From contig OZ024762.1 in assembly GCA_964016885.1 (NCBI GenBank), forward strand, positions 14,198,001 to 14,262,000: a stretch of 64,000 nt of DNA, read 5' to 3'. Origin of the DNA: Eledone cirrhosa. Its lineage: Eukaryota. Position numbers and translations under genes: made by a program. Of the stretch, positions 14,816-27,870 are shown piece by piece; positions within the stretch are counted from its first letter, which is position 1; the number at the start of each line of letters is the position of its first letter. Under the pieces are notes generated by a model. The model ran no database searches. It saw nothing but the letters and a program-made list of their open reading frames with translations, and was not told the origin of the DNA.

Positions 14816-15760
14816 TTTGGAAGATGTTTTACCGTTTTCTCTTCTATCGGTCTTCTCTTATCATCTGTTTATCCGACCGAAGCTGGGTACCTCGGCTAAC
14901 ATTCGCAACAACGCAGCACGCCATTTTTCGTTCCTATATTCTTTCCCCTCGCTGTGACCTGTCTTTTTCTATTCCCTTACTGCTATCCTCTTTCTCTCTC
15001 CCCCTTCTCTCTCCTTGTACCTCTTACTTTCATTCACCCCCTCTGCTGGTCATCCTCTCTCGGCTGGCCTCTTCCTCACACTTTCACTCACTCACTCTCT
15101 GCTACTCCCCCTCTCTCACTTCCTCCCGTCTGACCTGTGTGAAATCCTTTTCTCGATTACATTTCGCAGGGTTCGGACGCGTCCTTCGTCTTCTCGTCAA
15201 TGATTTGCTAGAAGTTAAGTTCACATGTATCACTGATTTGTTTTCTCATTTTCCTCTCTTTACGTTGCCCTACCATTTTTGTTTGTTCACATGTCTCTCT
15301 TTCTCCACCCAATTCTTTTTATCCCAATAACTTATTTTAGTTATTGTTCGCACTGGCTTGAGGTATCTGGTCTTTAATGCGAAGAAATACCGATGATCAC
15401 TGATGACGGATAGTCCTGGTTTCTTGCTCTATTTTTTAAATTCATATGTATCACCTTCGCAACAACGCAGCACGCCATTTTTCATTCCTATATATATATA
15501 TATATATATATATATGTAAGAGAGTGTTGAAGTTTGCTTGAAGCATTGTGGAATATTAAAAATAGTCGTTTTGGAAGCCTTAACAATGCAGATGGGTAAA
15601 TCTTCGGAACACCCCCAGCTGGTGGAATTCAAATCCGAAATATAGGGACTATTAAATCGCTTCCAAGGTAACTCTATCTCGTGTTACTATTTTTTACACT
15701 TTTCCTACGTTCCTTTACGCTCTCTACGCCTCTTTCTACACTTCCTCTTACATCTCTCTC

Positions 15761-15797
<37 letters not shown>

Positions 15798-15987
15798 GCC
15801 TCTCTCTCTGCCTCTCTCTCTCTCTCTCTCTCTGCCTCTCTCTCTGCCTCTCTCTCTCTCGCTCTCATTACCACCTGATTCTGTTACCCGCAGATTTACC
15901 CATCTGCATTGTTGAGACTTCCTAAATTACTATTTATATAATATATATATATATAATGAAACGAAGTGAAATATTTATATATATATA

Positions 15988-16021
<34 letters not shown>

Positions 16022-16031
16022 CGTGTGTGTG

Positions 16032-16063
<32 letters not shown>

Positions 16064-16527
16064 TGCGTGTGTGTGTGTTTACGTCAGAAAGTGTCTGCAA
16101 ACACACGTATTCACCCTTATGTAAATAGTTCCAAACAATTTCGGTCAGCCGGGGCGTAACCATTTAAATGTAAGAACCGTTACATGCACACACACATACA
16201 CACACACATATTAACTCACTGACACACACATACACACAAAGAAACATACACACAGACATACATTCCCAAACACACACATACATTTCCAAACACACACACC
16301 ACATATACACCCCCCACCCACCCACCCCACACAGACACATATACAGACACCAACACACACCAACACCACACACATACACTCACACAAACACACATACACT
16401 CACAAACACACACATACATTCCCAAACACACACACCACATATACACCCCCCACACAGACACATATACAGACACCAACACACACCAACACCACACACATAC
16501 ACTCACACACACACACACACACACACA

Positions 16528-16562
<35 letters not shown>

Positions 16563-17310
16563 CAACACACAAATCACACACACATACACAAATCCCCCCC
16601 CCCCCACACACACACACACACCAACACAAATCCCCCACACACATCCAATACACACACACCACTACCACCCGACACACCCCGCACATACACCAACATACAC
16701 ATCCAATAGAATTTTAGCTCTCTCTATCTCTAGCTTTCTCTAGCTCTCTCTCTCTCTCTATCTCTAGCTCTCTCTTTCTAGCTCTCTCTCTCTCTATCTC
16801 TAGCTCTCTCTTTCTAGCTCTCTCTCTCTAGCTCTCTCTCTCTCTCTAGCTCTCTCTCTCTCTCTATCTATCTATCTCTCTCTCTCTCTAGCTCTCTCTC
16901 TTTCTAGCTATCTCTATCTCTAGCTCTCTCCATCTCTCTAGCTCTCTCCATCTCTCTCTAGCTCTCTCCATCCCTCTCTAGCTCTCTCTCTCTATATAGC
17001 TCTCTCTCTCTAGCTCCCTCTCTCTATCTCTCTCTCTCTCTCTATCGCTCTAGCTCTCTCTCTCTCTCTCTCTAGCTATATCTTTCTAGCTCTCTCTTTC
17101 TAGCTCTCTCAAGCTATCTCTCTCACTCTCTCTCTTCCTTCTGTTATTTCAGCATAACATGTGTACACATACACACACATACATGTATACACATACATAT
17201 ATGTATATATATTTATATATACATGTATATATATATATATATATCTACATATATATATATATATATCTACATATATATATATATATATCTACATATATAT
17301 ATATATCTAC

Positions 17311-17370
<60 letters not shown>

Positions 17371-17481
17371 ACATATATATATATATAATATATATCTACA
17401 TATATATATACATATATATATACATATATATACATACATATATAGATATATATACATACATATATAGATATATATATATAC

Positions 17482-17514
<33 letters not shown>

Positions 17515-17584
17515 CATGTGTATGTAGGTGTGGGTGTTTATGGGTTTGTGTGTATGCACGTGTGCATATGCATATATGACTGTT

Positions 17585-17667
<83 letters not shown>

Positions 17668-18489
17668 GGTGTGGCCAAAATTCAATTCTTGAGTTTATCA
17701 GGAAACTTAATACCTCCTACTTCATACAATTGTTAATCATATCATGAGGTCCTACTTTAAATGAAATATGGAATGTATAGATGGGTGTATATATCTATAT
17801 ATATATACATATGAATAAAGTTAGTCCTTCATCAGTGATCTTCCAACCCTCATTGGTATTTCATCGCTTTAAAGACCATATACCTCCGGTTGGTGCGAGC
17901 AACGGCTAAAGAAAGTCGTTGGGACACGTAAATAAGGGGAACGAGCGAGACTGTAAACAATCAAAGATGGTAAAGCAACGAAAAGTGAGGAAGAAGGAGT
18001 CAAGTCCCAGATTTCCATGAACATAAGTTCGGTGAAATCGTGGACGAGAGAGAATAAAGACCATCAAACCTAGTCAAAATGTGAGAAAGGAAAGAATTCC
18101 GCACAGGTCAAACGGGAGGAAGAAGGAGTCAAGTCCCTGAAATCGGTGAACATAAAATGACTACACTGCGCTAACACCACACAAATATATATATATACAC
18201 ACACACACACATGTTGTCCAAAAGAAAGGCAATGGGACAGCTTGGCACCAGTGACATCACAGTTCATATATACAAACTATATAATCTATGTATATATATA
18301 TATATATATACACTGGATATACACTATATATATACACTGGATATACACTATATATATACACTCTATACTCTTTCTATATTACATATACACTATATATACA
18401 CTAAACTCTATATATATTATATATACAGTATATATATATACTATATATATACACTATATATACAGTATATATATACTATATATAGACAC

Positions 18490-18741
18490 TATATATACAC
18501 TATATGTGATGTTGTCCAAGGGAAAGGCAATGGCTGATACAGATTGGCACCAGTGACGTCACAACTCATTTCTACAGCTGAGTAAACTGAAGCAACATGA
18601 AATAAAGTGTCTTGCCTAAGGACGCAATACATATAGATGGCAGTCATTCAAGATTGCGTGTGTGTGTATATATATATATATATCAGTCCAGAAATAGCCG
18701 TCGAAACAGCTTGAGCTCTGCCGTCGGGGTTAAACATTTTC

Positions 18742-18792
<51 letters not shown>

Positions 18793-19123
18793 TATACAGG
18801 GTGACCACAAGAAACACACCGGCTACGCTGTTGTGGAGTGAACGCCATCTTGAATTACACTGCCATCTAGCGGATTGAGTCAAGTCTGCAACGGAGTTCG
18901 ATTCTCGGACCTGGTGATGTATTGTGTCCTTGGGCTAGACACTTTATTTCATGTTGCTTCAGTTTACTCAGCTGTAGAAATGAGTTGTGACGTCACTGGT
19001 GCCAATCTGTATCAGCCATTGCCTTTCCCTTGGACAACATCATATATAGTGTATATATAGTGTATATATAGTGTATATATATAGTATATATATACTGTAT
19101 ATATAGTGTATATCTAGTGTATA

Positions 19124-19158
<35 letters not shown>

Positions 19159-19320
19159 GTTATATAGTTTGTATATATGAATTATGATGTCACTGGCGAC
19201 AATCTGTATCAGCCATTGCCTTTCCCTTGGACAACATCATATATAGTGTATATATAGTGTATATATAGTGTATATATATAGTATATATATACTGTATATA
19301 TAGTGTATATCTAGTGTATA

Positions 19321-19355
<35 letters not shown>

Positions 19356-19519
19356 GTTATATAGTTTGTATATATGAATTATGATGTCACTGGCGACAAT
19401 CTGTATCAGCCATTGCCTTTCCCTTGGACAACATCATATATAGTGTATATATAGTGTATATATAGTGTATATATATATAGTATATATATACTGTATATAT
19501 AGTGTATATCTAGTGTATA

Positions 19520-19559
<40 letters not shown>

Positions 19560-19640
19560 TTATATAGTTTGTATATATGAATTATGATGTCACTGGCGAC
19601 AATCTGTATCAGCCATTGCCTTTCCCTTGGACTACATCAC
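18490..19640. repeat. Inverted SINE-tail duplication followed by ~186-bp tandem copies
   Basis: About 18500-18625 is the reverse complement of about 18925-19045. AATCTGTATCAGCCATTGCCTTTCCCTTGGAC recurs at about 19003, 19201, 19387 and 19601. Confidence 0.75.
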
Positions 19641-19794
19641 ATATAGTTTGTATAGTAGATATATATATTATATATATATTATATATATATATATATATAG
19701 TCGATCGACTTTCGTCAAATCGGACCGCTGGTCTTTCCGTTGGTCTTTCCAATTACTAATACTATCTATCGGTCGCAACTCCAGGTAGAAGGAG

Positions 19795-19918
19795 CAACGT
19801 GAAATAAAGTATCTTGCTCAAGGACACAAGGACATAACGCATCGCCCGGTCCAGGAATCGAACTTAGAACCTCACAATTTTGAATTCAATTATCTTACCA
19901 CTCAGCCACACGCCTTCA
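19795..19918 (-). mobile_element. tRNA-derived SINE (CORE-like)
   Basis: Reverse-complement homolog of 621-731. Confidence 0.7.
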
Positions 19919-19945
19919 TAGTATATATATATATATATATATATA

Positions 19946-20140
19946 GGAAAAAGTATGACCCCGACGGCAGAGCTCAAGCCGTTTCGACGGCTAATTCTGG
20001 ACTAAAAAATAGCCGTCGAAACGGCTTGAGCTCTGCCGTAGGGGGTCATGCTTTTTTCTATTTCCCACTCTACTACCCTAAGTATTGAGTACTCTGGTGC
20101 GTTATGGTCCATCTGGTTCCTTACCACAATTTCTTTGTTA
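19946..20140 (+). mobile_element. Palindromic (TA)n-embedded element (GACGGC family)
   Basis: About 115-bp hairpin GACCCCGACGGC.GAGCTCAAGCCGTTTCGACGGCTA...TAGCCGTCGAAACGGCTTGAGCTC.GCCGT.GGGG plus tail CTACTACCCTAAGTATTGAGTACT...CCTTACCAC. About 12 copies in the window. Confidence 0.85.
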
Positions 20141-20288
20141 TATATATTTAAAGGTTAAACAAGGTCCAATGAATACATCAAAGAATGAGTTTTACAATAG
20201 ATTGGAAGCACTCAACGGTAATGGTTTTCTGGAGTTATTAATATTAATTCAAAATATTAACAAAAATAGACATTCGTGTGATCAAGAA

Positions 20289-20355
20289 TATTTTATTATA
20301 CATTATTCAGAGGTACTGAGCTATCTTCAACAGTACGTCCTCATCAGATAAAATA
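20289..20355 (-). ncRNA. Degenerate type I hammerhead ribozyme
   Basis: TATTTTAT-CTGATGA-stem II (GTACTG/CAGTAC)-GAAT (mutated GAAA)-AATGTA-TA-ATAAAATA; same stem I as the 6588 and 56813 copies. Confidence 0.55.
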
Positions 20356-21921
20356 AGATGATGCATGACATACCCTGACATAGTAGATGGTCAAGATTCA
20401 GTCATGGTAGTGAATATGATATGACAACACTCAATATTTATATACCTTAAGATTGAGATATGAAAAAACCTACATATAATAGAGAGGGTGCGTGTGAGAA
20501 AGCTTAAAAATACATAATAGCAATTTACATAACTGTTAGAGATTTAAATAATTTAAATTATTGAAGAAAGAAGAAAGACAGAGAGAAACAGACGAGGAAA
20601 AAATCTAGTTACTAGAAGTATAGAAAGCAAAAGAGAATTGATCAAGGATAGAGAGACAAAGGGGAATAATTTTTATAGTATAAAGCATAGATAAATACAT
20701 GAATATACATTTGGGCATAGCTTTGTGAAAGAGTAAACTCGAATCTTTGAATTATCTAGAAGTATCCTTCTATCTAAATATTAAATATATCTGGGTGTAA
20801 TTATATGAGGGTTTAATTTCGTGTCCTCAATTAATAAGAAATATACTAACAATTATTTATACACCATATATATCCAAACTTATCCGGCTGACCGTTAAAT
20901 TTCGAATTCCTTATGTTAGTTCAGAATAATGGATTAATCTAAAGGTATAATATTTCAGGCTATAAAAGTTTATAAATGTCTATATTAATATTAAAGTATA
21001 CTAACATATTTAATTTATAAAATCATATTTAAAGTATTTTCAAACATGAGAAAGAAACTTAGTATTTTCATCCACACGAAGGTAAACCATATTAAATTAT
21101 ATTATCTTATATTATTTTCCCATACTAAAATAATTCTCACTATATAATTTAGAAAAATAATTCTAACTAATAGTTATAACTTTAAAAAATTTAAATTAAC
21201 AATTAGAATGCCCTAAAGCATCTAAATGCCTTATAATTAAACTTAAAAAAGTTATTATTAAATTTGATATATGCATTTGTCTAAATATATACAAAGAGTA
21301 TATTGTCTAAAATTCAAGACGATATTAGTCAGTTATACATAACATAATATAATATAATGTAATAAATAAGTTACTGTTAATATTGTTACAATTAAGGTTT
21401 TAGATCAATTATTGTATCTTAGGATCATGTAATACATATATACTATAAACATTTCATGAATCATAAGGAAACGAACCAGATTCAAAATAAATAAGTAAAT
21501 TGTTTGCGATCATATAAGTGCCAAATATTTAAGCTATATAATTTAAAATACAAGAACATTTTTAAGGATCTATACTGTAGTATAGTATCATATTTAAAGT
21601 GTCTGCAAACATGAGAAAGAGAAAACTTAAGATTTTCATCGACCCGAAGGTAACCCGAATTTAATTAAATTAAAAAAATAATAATCGTTATATAATTTAG
21701 AAAATATTTAACAATTATAACACTAGAATGTCTTTAAGTATCTAAAGTACTTATAAATGTAGTTAGAAGTCTGTTATTAAACCTGTTATTAAACCAGTAT
21801 ATAATATTGTTGGCGTGGAGAGTAAAGACTGGTAACCATATTCATCTTTTTCATATTTCAACTTCCTTCCCTAACATTCTCACACTACTCATACGTCTAC
21901 CTGTTCTTTCCTCATCCGCAC

Positions 21922-21957
21922 TTTGCTGAAGAAGGACTGCTGTCCGAAACGTTGAAA
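21922..21957 (+). ncRNA. Minimal PLE-type hammerhead motif
   Basis: CTGAAGA-A-GGAC(TGCT)GTCC-GAAA-CG-TT; stem I is weak (TTT/AAA with a G.G mismatch). Confidence 0.6.
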
Positions 21958-22034
21958 CCTACTCCACTTCCTCTAAGCATGAACCTCAATAAAACTGTAA
22001 TTTTGCCTTCTGCGTTTTGTTTCATGTCGGACCT

Positions 22035-22880
22035 TCGTTAAGACCTGAAAATCCGTCTCTTCATCTCTGTAGTGGAGTCTGTGCTGCTGTACGGCTCTGA
22101 GACGTGGACACTGACCAAGAAACTCACTCAGATGGTGGATGGGTGCTACACGAGAATGCTGAGGATGTCTCTGAACATTAATCAGTATACACTGAGGATG
22201 AAGAACTCAGAGCTGATTGGAAGCCTCCCAAAAGTCAGCTCAAAAGTGACACAGAGGAGACTGAGGTTAGCTGGACATGCTCACCGACATCCACAGTTGA
22301 CACTGCACTCAGTGCTCCTGTGGGAGCCTCTACAGGGACACACTAGGTTAGCTGGATATGCTCACCGACATTCAGAGTTGACACTGCACTCAGTGCTCCT
22401 GTAGGAGCCTCTACAGGGACAGACTAGGTTAGCTGGATATGCTCACCGACATCCAGAGTTGACACTGCACTCAGTGCTCCTGTAGGAGCCTCTACAGGGA
22501 CACACTAGGTTAGCTGGACATGCTCACCGACATCCAGAGTTGACAGTGCACTCAGTGCTCCTGTGGGAGCCTCTACAGGGACAGACTAGGTTAGCTGGAT
22601 ATGCTCACCGACATCCAGAGTTGACAGTGCACTCAGTGCTCCTGTGGGAGCCTCTACAGGGACACACTAGGTTAGCTGGACATGCTCACCGACATCCAGA
22701 GTTGACACTGCACTCAGTGCTCCTGTGGGAGCCTCTACATGGTCACACTGGAAGAGGAAGACCGAGGTTGACATATATTGATGTCCTAAGGACAGACACT
22801 GGTCTCTTGGAGACGTAGGACATGGCAGCGATGATGAGGGACAGAGACCGCTGGAGAGAACTCGTCCATGGATCTCGGGA
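22035..22880 (+). mobile_element. RTE-clade LINE ORF C-terminus containing an 81-bp tandem expansion
   Basis: ESVLLYGSETWTLTK...RRLRLAGH..R...LLWEP..G...RGRPRLTYID are typical RTE C-terminal motifs. Six 81-bp units at 22264-22750. Confidence 0.85.
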
Positions 22881-23084
22881 ATTTTACCCGCCTTATATAT
22901 ATAGATAGATATAGAGAGAGGAAGAGAAACACTCCATTACTACACTCCACTCCACAACTCCACTCCACTCCACCATTGGTCTCTGAAATGTTGTTGTCTT
23001 TGGCGCCATTCGATCATTTCCTTCCCGGCAATCCTACTTCCGGCAATCCTACTTCCGGCAACCATATTTTTGCTGTTTTGTTTA

Positions 23085-23770
23085 CTGCATGTTGCTTTAG
23101 TAGTAGTTGTTGTTACTGTTGTTGTAGTAGTTGTTGTTACTGTTGCTGTTGTTGCTGTTGTTGTTGTAGTTGTTGTTGTTGCTTTTGTAGTTGTTGTTGT
23201 CGTCTGTGTCGCCGCTATTGTTGTCATTGTTGCTTCTTTTGTTGTTTAGTTGTTGTTGTTGTCATTGTTGCTTTTTTTGTTGTCGTCATTGTTACTTCTT
23301 TTGTTGTTTTAGTTGTTGTTGTTGTCATTGTTGCTTCTTTTGTTGTTTTAGTTGTTGTTGTTGTCATTGTTGCTTCTTTTGTTGTTTTAGTTGTTGTTGT
23401 TGTCATTGTTGCTTTTTAGTTGTTGTTGTCATTATTGCTTCTTTTGTTGTTTTAGTTGTTGTTGTTGTCATTGTTGCTTCTTTTGTTGTTTTAGTTGTTG
23501 TTGTCATTGTTGCTTTTTTGTTGTTTTAGTTGTTGTTGTTGTCATTGTTGCTTTTTTGTTGTTTTAGTTGTTGTTGTTGTTGTTGTTGTTGTCATTGTTG
23601 CCTCTTTTGTTATTTTTTGTTGTTGTTGTCATTGTTGTGGGGTAGGGCGAGTGATGGTGATACTGGTGGTGGTAGTGTTGGTGTTGGTGATGTTTTTGAT
23701 GGTGGTGGTGTTGTTGATGGTTTTGATAGTGGTGGTGATAGTGGTGTTGGCGTTGGTGGTAGTAGTATAG
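23085..23770. repeat. (GTT)n/(GGT)n-rich degenerate triplet repeat
   Basis: Directly visible. Confidence 0.9.
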
Positions 23771-23925
23771 GTAGGTTACTCAGAGTCACTCTGATCCAGC
23801 AGGTCAATGACCGAAGGCTGACTACATTCCGTGTAACCATCCTACCATTCAAGATTTAACTGTGTCAAGATTTTAAGTGTCAAGCTAGGTCTACCACTTC
23901 TCAAATATGTTCCTATTAATTTCCT

Positions 23926-24297
23926 TGGTGGATTGGCAGTATCGGTAGAGGGTCGGACGCCATACTTTGAAGTTACGCCCCTTTCCATTCTGTGTTCAAA
24001 TCTCGCCGAGGTTAACTTTGCCTTTTATCCTTACGGGGTCGATAAAATAAAGTACCAGTAATGCACTGGGAAAATTGCTGGCCTTGTGCTAAAAGTAGAA
24101 ACAATTATTTGCCTTGGTAGTGTTGCTGGAGCGTCGGACAACATGCTTTATAGCATAGAGTTACGGCCCTTTACTCTCTGAGTTCAAACCCTGTCGGGGT
24201 CGATAAAATAAGGTACCGGTAACGCACTGGGATCGATTTAATCGACTTTCCCCTCCCCCAAAATTGTTGGCCTTGTGCCTAAATCAGAAACCAATAT
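23926..24297 (+). mobile_element. Two tandem family-2 SINE copies
   Basis: First copy has box A/B and GCCTTTTATCCTTACGGGGTCGATAAAATAAAGTACCAG; the second is internally deleted. Confidence 0.75.
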
Positions 24298-25650
24298 GTT
24301 AGGTAGGGTTTGGTTTTGAGAAAGATTTAGCTGCTATTTCTAACAGAACGGCATACCACGTGGGGCTGCCTTCTGTGACGTTCACGCTGAAATACAATGA
24401 GTTATATTTCGGCTTTTTTAACCCTTTTAATACCAAATTACTATGGTGATATCTACGTCTTGCACGTACAGTCTCTCTCTCTCTCTCGCCCTCTCTCCCT
24501 GCCCCCTCCCCCTCCCTCCTTCCACCTCCCCCCCCTCCCTCTCGCCCTCTCTCTATCTCTCTCTCTGAACATTTCGTATGAGAAAAATAGTTTCTGTTTA
24601 CGAATATTTCTGTGGGTGACGAGCGGCATTCAGGAACAAATAAATTTCGTGAAACGAGGTTCGACTCAGTGCCAGATTACCCTTGTGCTTAGCTGTGCTT
24701 AAGGCAACGAATTGGCAGAGTCGTTAGAACGCCAGATAGAATGCTTTATGGTATTCGTCCCACCTCATTGCACACTCTGAGTTCAAATCCCGCCGGGGTC
24801 AAATTTGCCGTTCATCGAGGTTGCTAAAAAAAAAAGTACCAGTCCAGTATTGGGGTCGGTTGTGTTCAGACCTGGAGAGGTTTGAGCACCGTCAGGTTTT
24901 AAAAGTGCCCTAGACACTCCGTATAACGGTTATGGGATCTTTATCCTTAGGTTTGCTTAAGCATAGGGCCCGTTGACCAAGGTGCCTTATCTTCCTGCCA
25001 AAAAATATTTTTACGATGAGGTTCTCAAATGTAAGAGGCCTCATAACTTAACTAGAATGTCTTAAATCCTGCACTGGTTCCTCTCTATATATTGTGCGTT
25101 TGAGCGATCCACGGAACCAGAGGTTCCCCCAGACCCTCCCACAGGGTCTAAATCAAGCCATGAGACCGGTTTCTCTGTATATATTTTGCGTAAGAGAGGC
25201 CCAGTGAAGCTGAAGTTCCCCCAAGCTCTCCCACAAGGTTTAAATGAAGCCATGAGACCGGGCCAGGTCAGGCCAGGTCAGCACTGGTTTCTCTGTATAT
25301 ATTTTGCATATGAAGGGCCCACCGAGTCTGAAATTCCCCAGGTCCTCCCACAAGGTTTAAATTAGGCCATGAGACCGGGCCAAGCCAAGCCAGGGGCCAA
25401 CCGAAGCTGAAGTTTCCCCAAGCTTTCCCACAAGGTTTAACTCAGGCCATGAGACCAGGCAAGGCCAGGCCAGGCATATTGTTACATTATAAACATGAAA
25501 GTACTTTTATTTGACACGACGACGAAGTTGAACTGAAGTCTCGTATCTCGATAGTCTCATATATAATCTGTGAACTTTGGACAAGAGATATTGTAAACAA
25601 TTCATTGCTGATGTATATATATATTCACACACATACACACGCATACACAC

Positions 25651-25707
<57 letters not shown>

Positions 25708-26420
25708 ACATATACACATATACGTACATACATGCAAGCACTATGCAAACACACATATAATACAAAACCTACCTACATAAATACATACATGCATACATGT
25801 ATACATACATATATACATACATACATATATACACATTAAATACCTACCTACATAAATACATACTTACTTACATACATACATACATGTATACACACATATA
25901 TACATACATACATACATACATATGTACACATTAAATACCTACCTACATAAATACATACATACCTACATATATACATACCTACATACATACATACCTACAT
26001 ACATACATACCTACATACATACATACCTACATACATACATACGTATATATATATATATATACACATTAAATACCTACATACATACATGCATACTTACATA
26101 CATATACAATCTTACATACATATATATACATACATACATACATATATCATATCATATGTTTTTTATGGAAGAGTTACGTTCATTTGATGATGAAGGACCA
26201 AAACCTTAATAATACTCTAATACTGGCGGTAACAACGGAGTACCTATCAATGTTTTCCCTCAAATAGACAGCCATCTTTACTACGGATACAGTTCGATCT
26301 AATTTGCTCTCTCTCCTTTTCACTATTACGAGACTTAACCAAAGACACGTCTGTCGTTGAACTAACCACATTTGGTGAGGAAAAGTTGTGTTTTTGTTGG
26401 TATTGTTATTTTTGTGTGTT

Positions 26421-26505
<85 letters not shown>

Positions 26506-27188
26506 AAGAAAGACGGAGATAGCGAGAGAGAGAGGGGGAGAGAGAAAGACAGAGCGAGCGACATAGAGGGAGAGAAAGACGGAGAGAGCGACATAGGGAG
26601 AGAAAGAGAGAAAGACGGACAGAGCGATATAGGGGGAGAGAGGAGAGAAAGACGGACAGAGCGACATAGGGAGAGAGAGAAAGACGGAGAGAGCGACATA
26701 GGGAGAGAGAGAAAGACGGAGAGAGCGACATAGGGAGAGAGAGAAAGGCGGAGAGAGCGACATAGGGAGAGAGAGAAAGACGGAGAGAGCGACATAGGGA
26801 GAGAGAGAGAGCGACATAGGGAGAGTGACAGAGAGAGAAAGAGAGAGAGAGAGACAAAGAGTGAGACATAGGGATAGAGAGAGAAAAACGGAGCGCAAGA
26901 GAGAGAGTGAAGAGGGAAGGGAGAGACAGAGGAAGACAGAGAGAGACTGAAAAGGAAAGAGAGAGAGACAGACAGAGAGAGAGAAATATAGGAAGAGAGA
27001 GAGAGAGACATAGAGAGAATGAAAGAGGAGACAAAGGAAGAGAGACAGAGAGAGACTGCAAAGGAAAGAGTGAGATAGACAGAGAGAGAGAAACATAGGA
27101 AGAGAGAGAGAGGGATGAGGAGAGAAAGACGTAGAGAAAGAGAGACATTGGAAGATAGTGACAGAGAGAGAATGAAAGAAGAGACAAA

Positions 27189-27232
<44 letters not shown>

Positions 27233-27739
27233 CAGAGGAAAGAGAGAGACAGACAGTGAGAGAGAGTTTCACTTTTTTATGTTTGTCATAAACACACATA
27301 CATACACACACAACCACATACATACACACACATACATACACACACAACCACATACTACCACGCAACCGCATAAATACACACACAACTACATGCATACACA
27401 CACAACCACACACAACCACACACAACCACACAACCACAACCACACACATACAACCACACACAACCACACAACCACAACCACACACATACAACCACATACA
27501 ACCACACAACCACAACCACACACAACCACACAACCACAACCACACAACCACAACACCACAACCACACACATACACACACAACCACACACAACCACATACA
27601 CACACAACCACACACAGCCACATACAGCCACATACACACAAAACTACATGCATACACACACAACCATTTGTATATGTTACCTTACACTTACCCGCAACCA
27701 GTTTTTTGAAACACTCTAACTATTTAAAATGTTGCTACA

Positions 27740-27870
27740 ACAAATGTAAATACCGGTCGCTCTCCGATAGGTTTGCGGTCGAGCCCGTGGCAGTGGAGAT
27801 TTCTGGTGTCCTTGGCCCTAGGGTCACCTCCCGACTCTCTACCATCGGCATAGAGTTGGCTACACGTGGC
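27740..27870 (+). mobile_element. CRE-like (restriction-like endonuclease) non-LTR retrotransposon relic
   Basis: KCKYRSLSDRFAVEPVAVEISGVLGP...LSTIG resembles the KxxKY...FxPxAVETxGxxGP segment of the RLE domain. Confidence 0.65.

Noticed and set aside
15388-15425. CTGATGA motifs here and at about 17828(-) and 52890(-) as hammerheads
   Set aside because: No correctly placed GAAA, stem III or NUH; at most 5' remnants.
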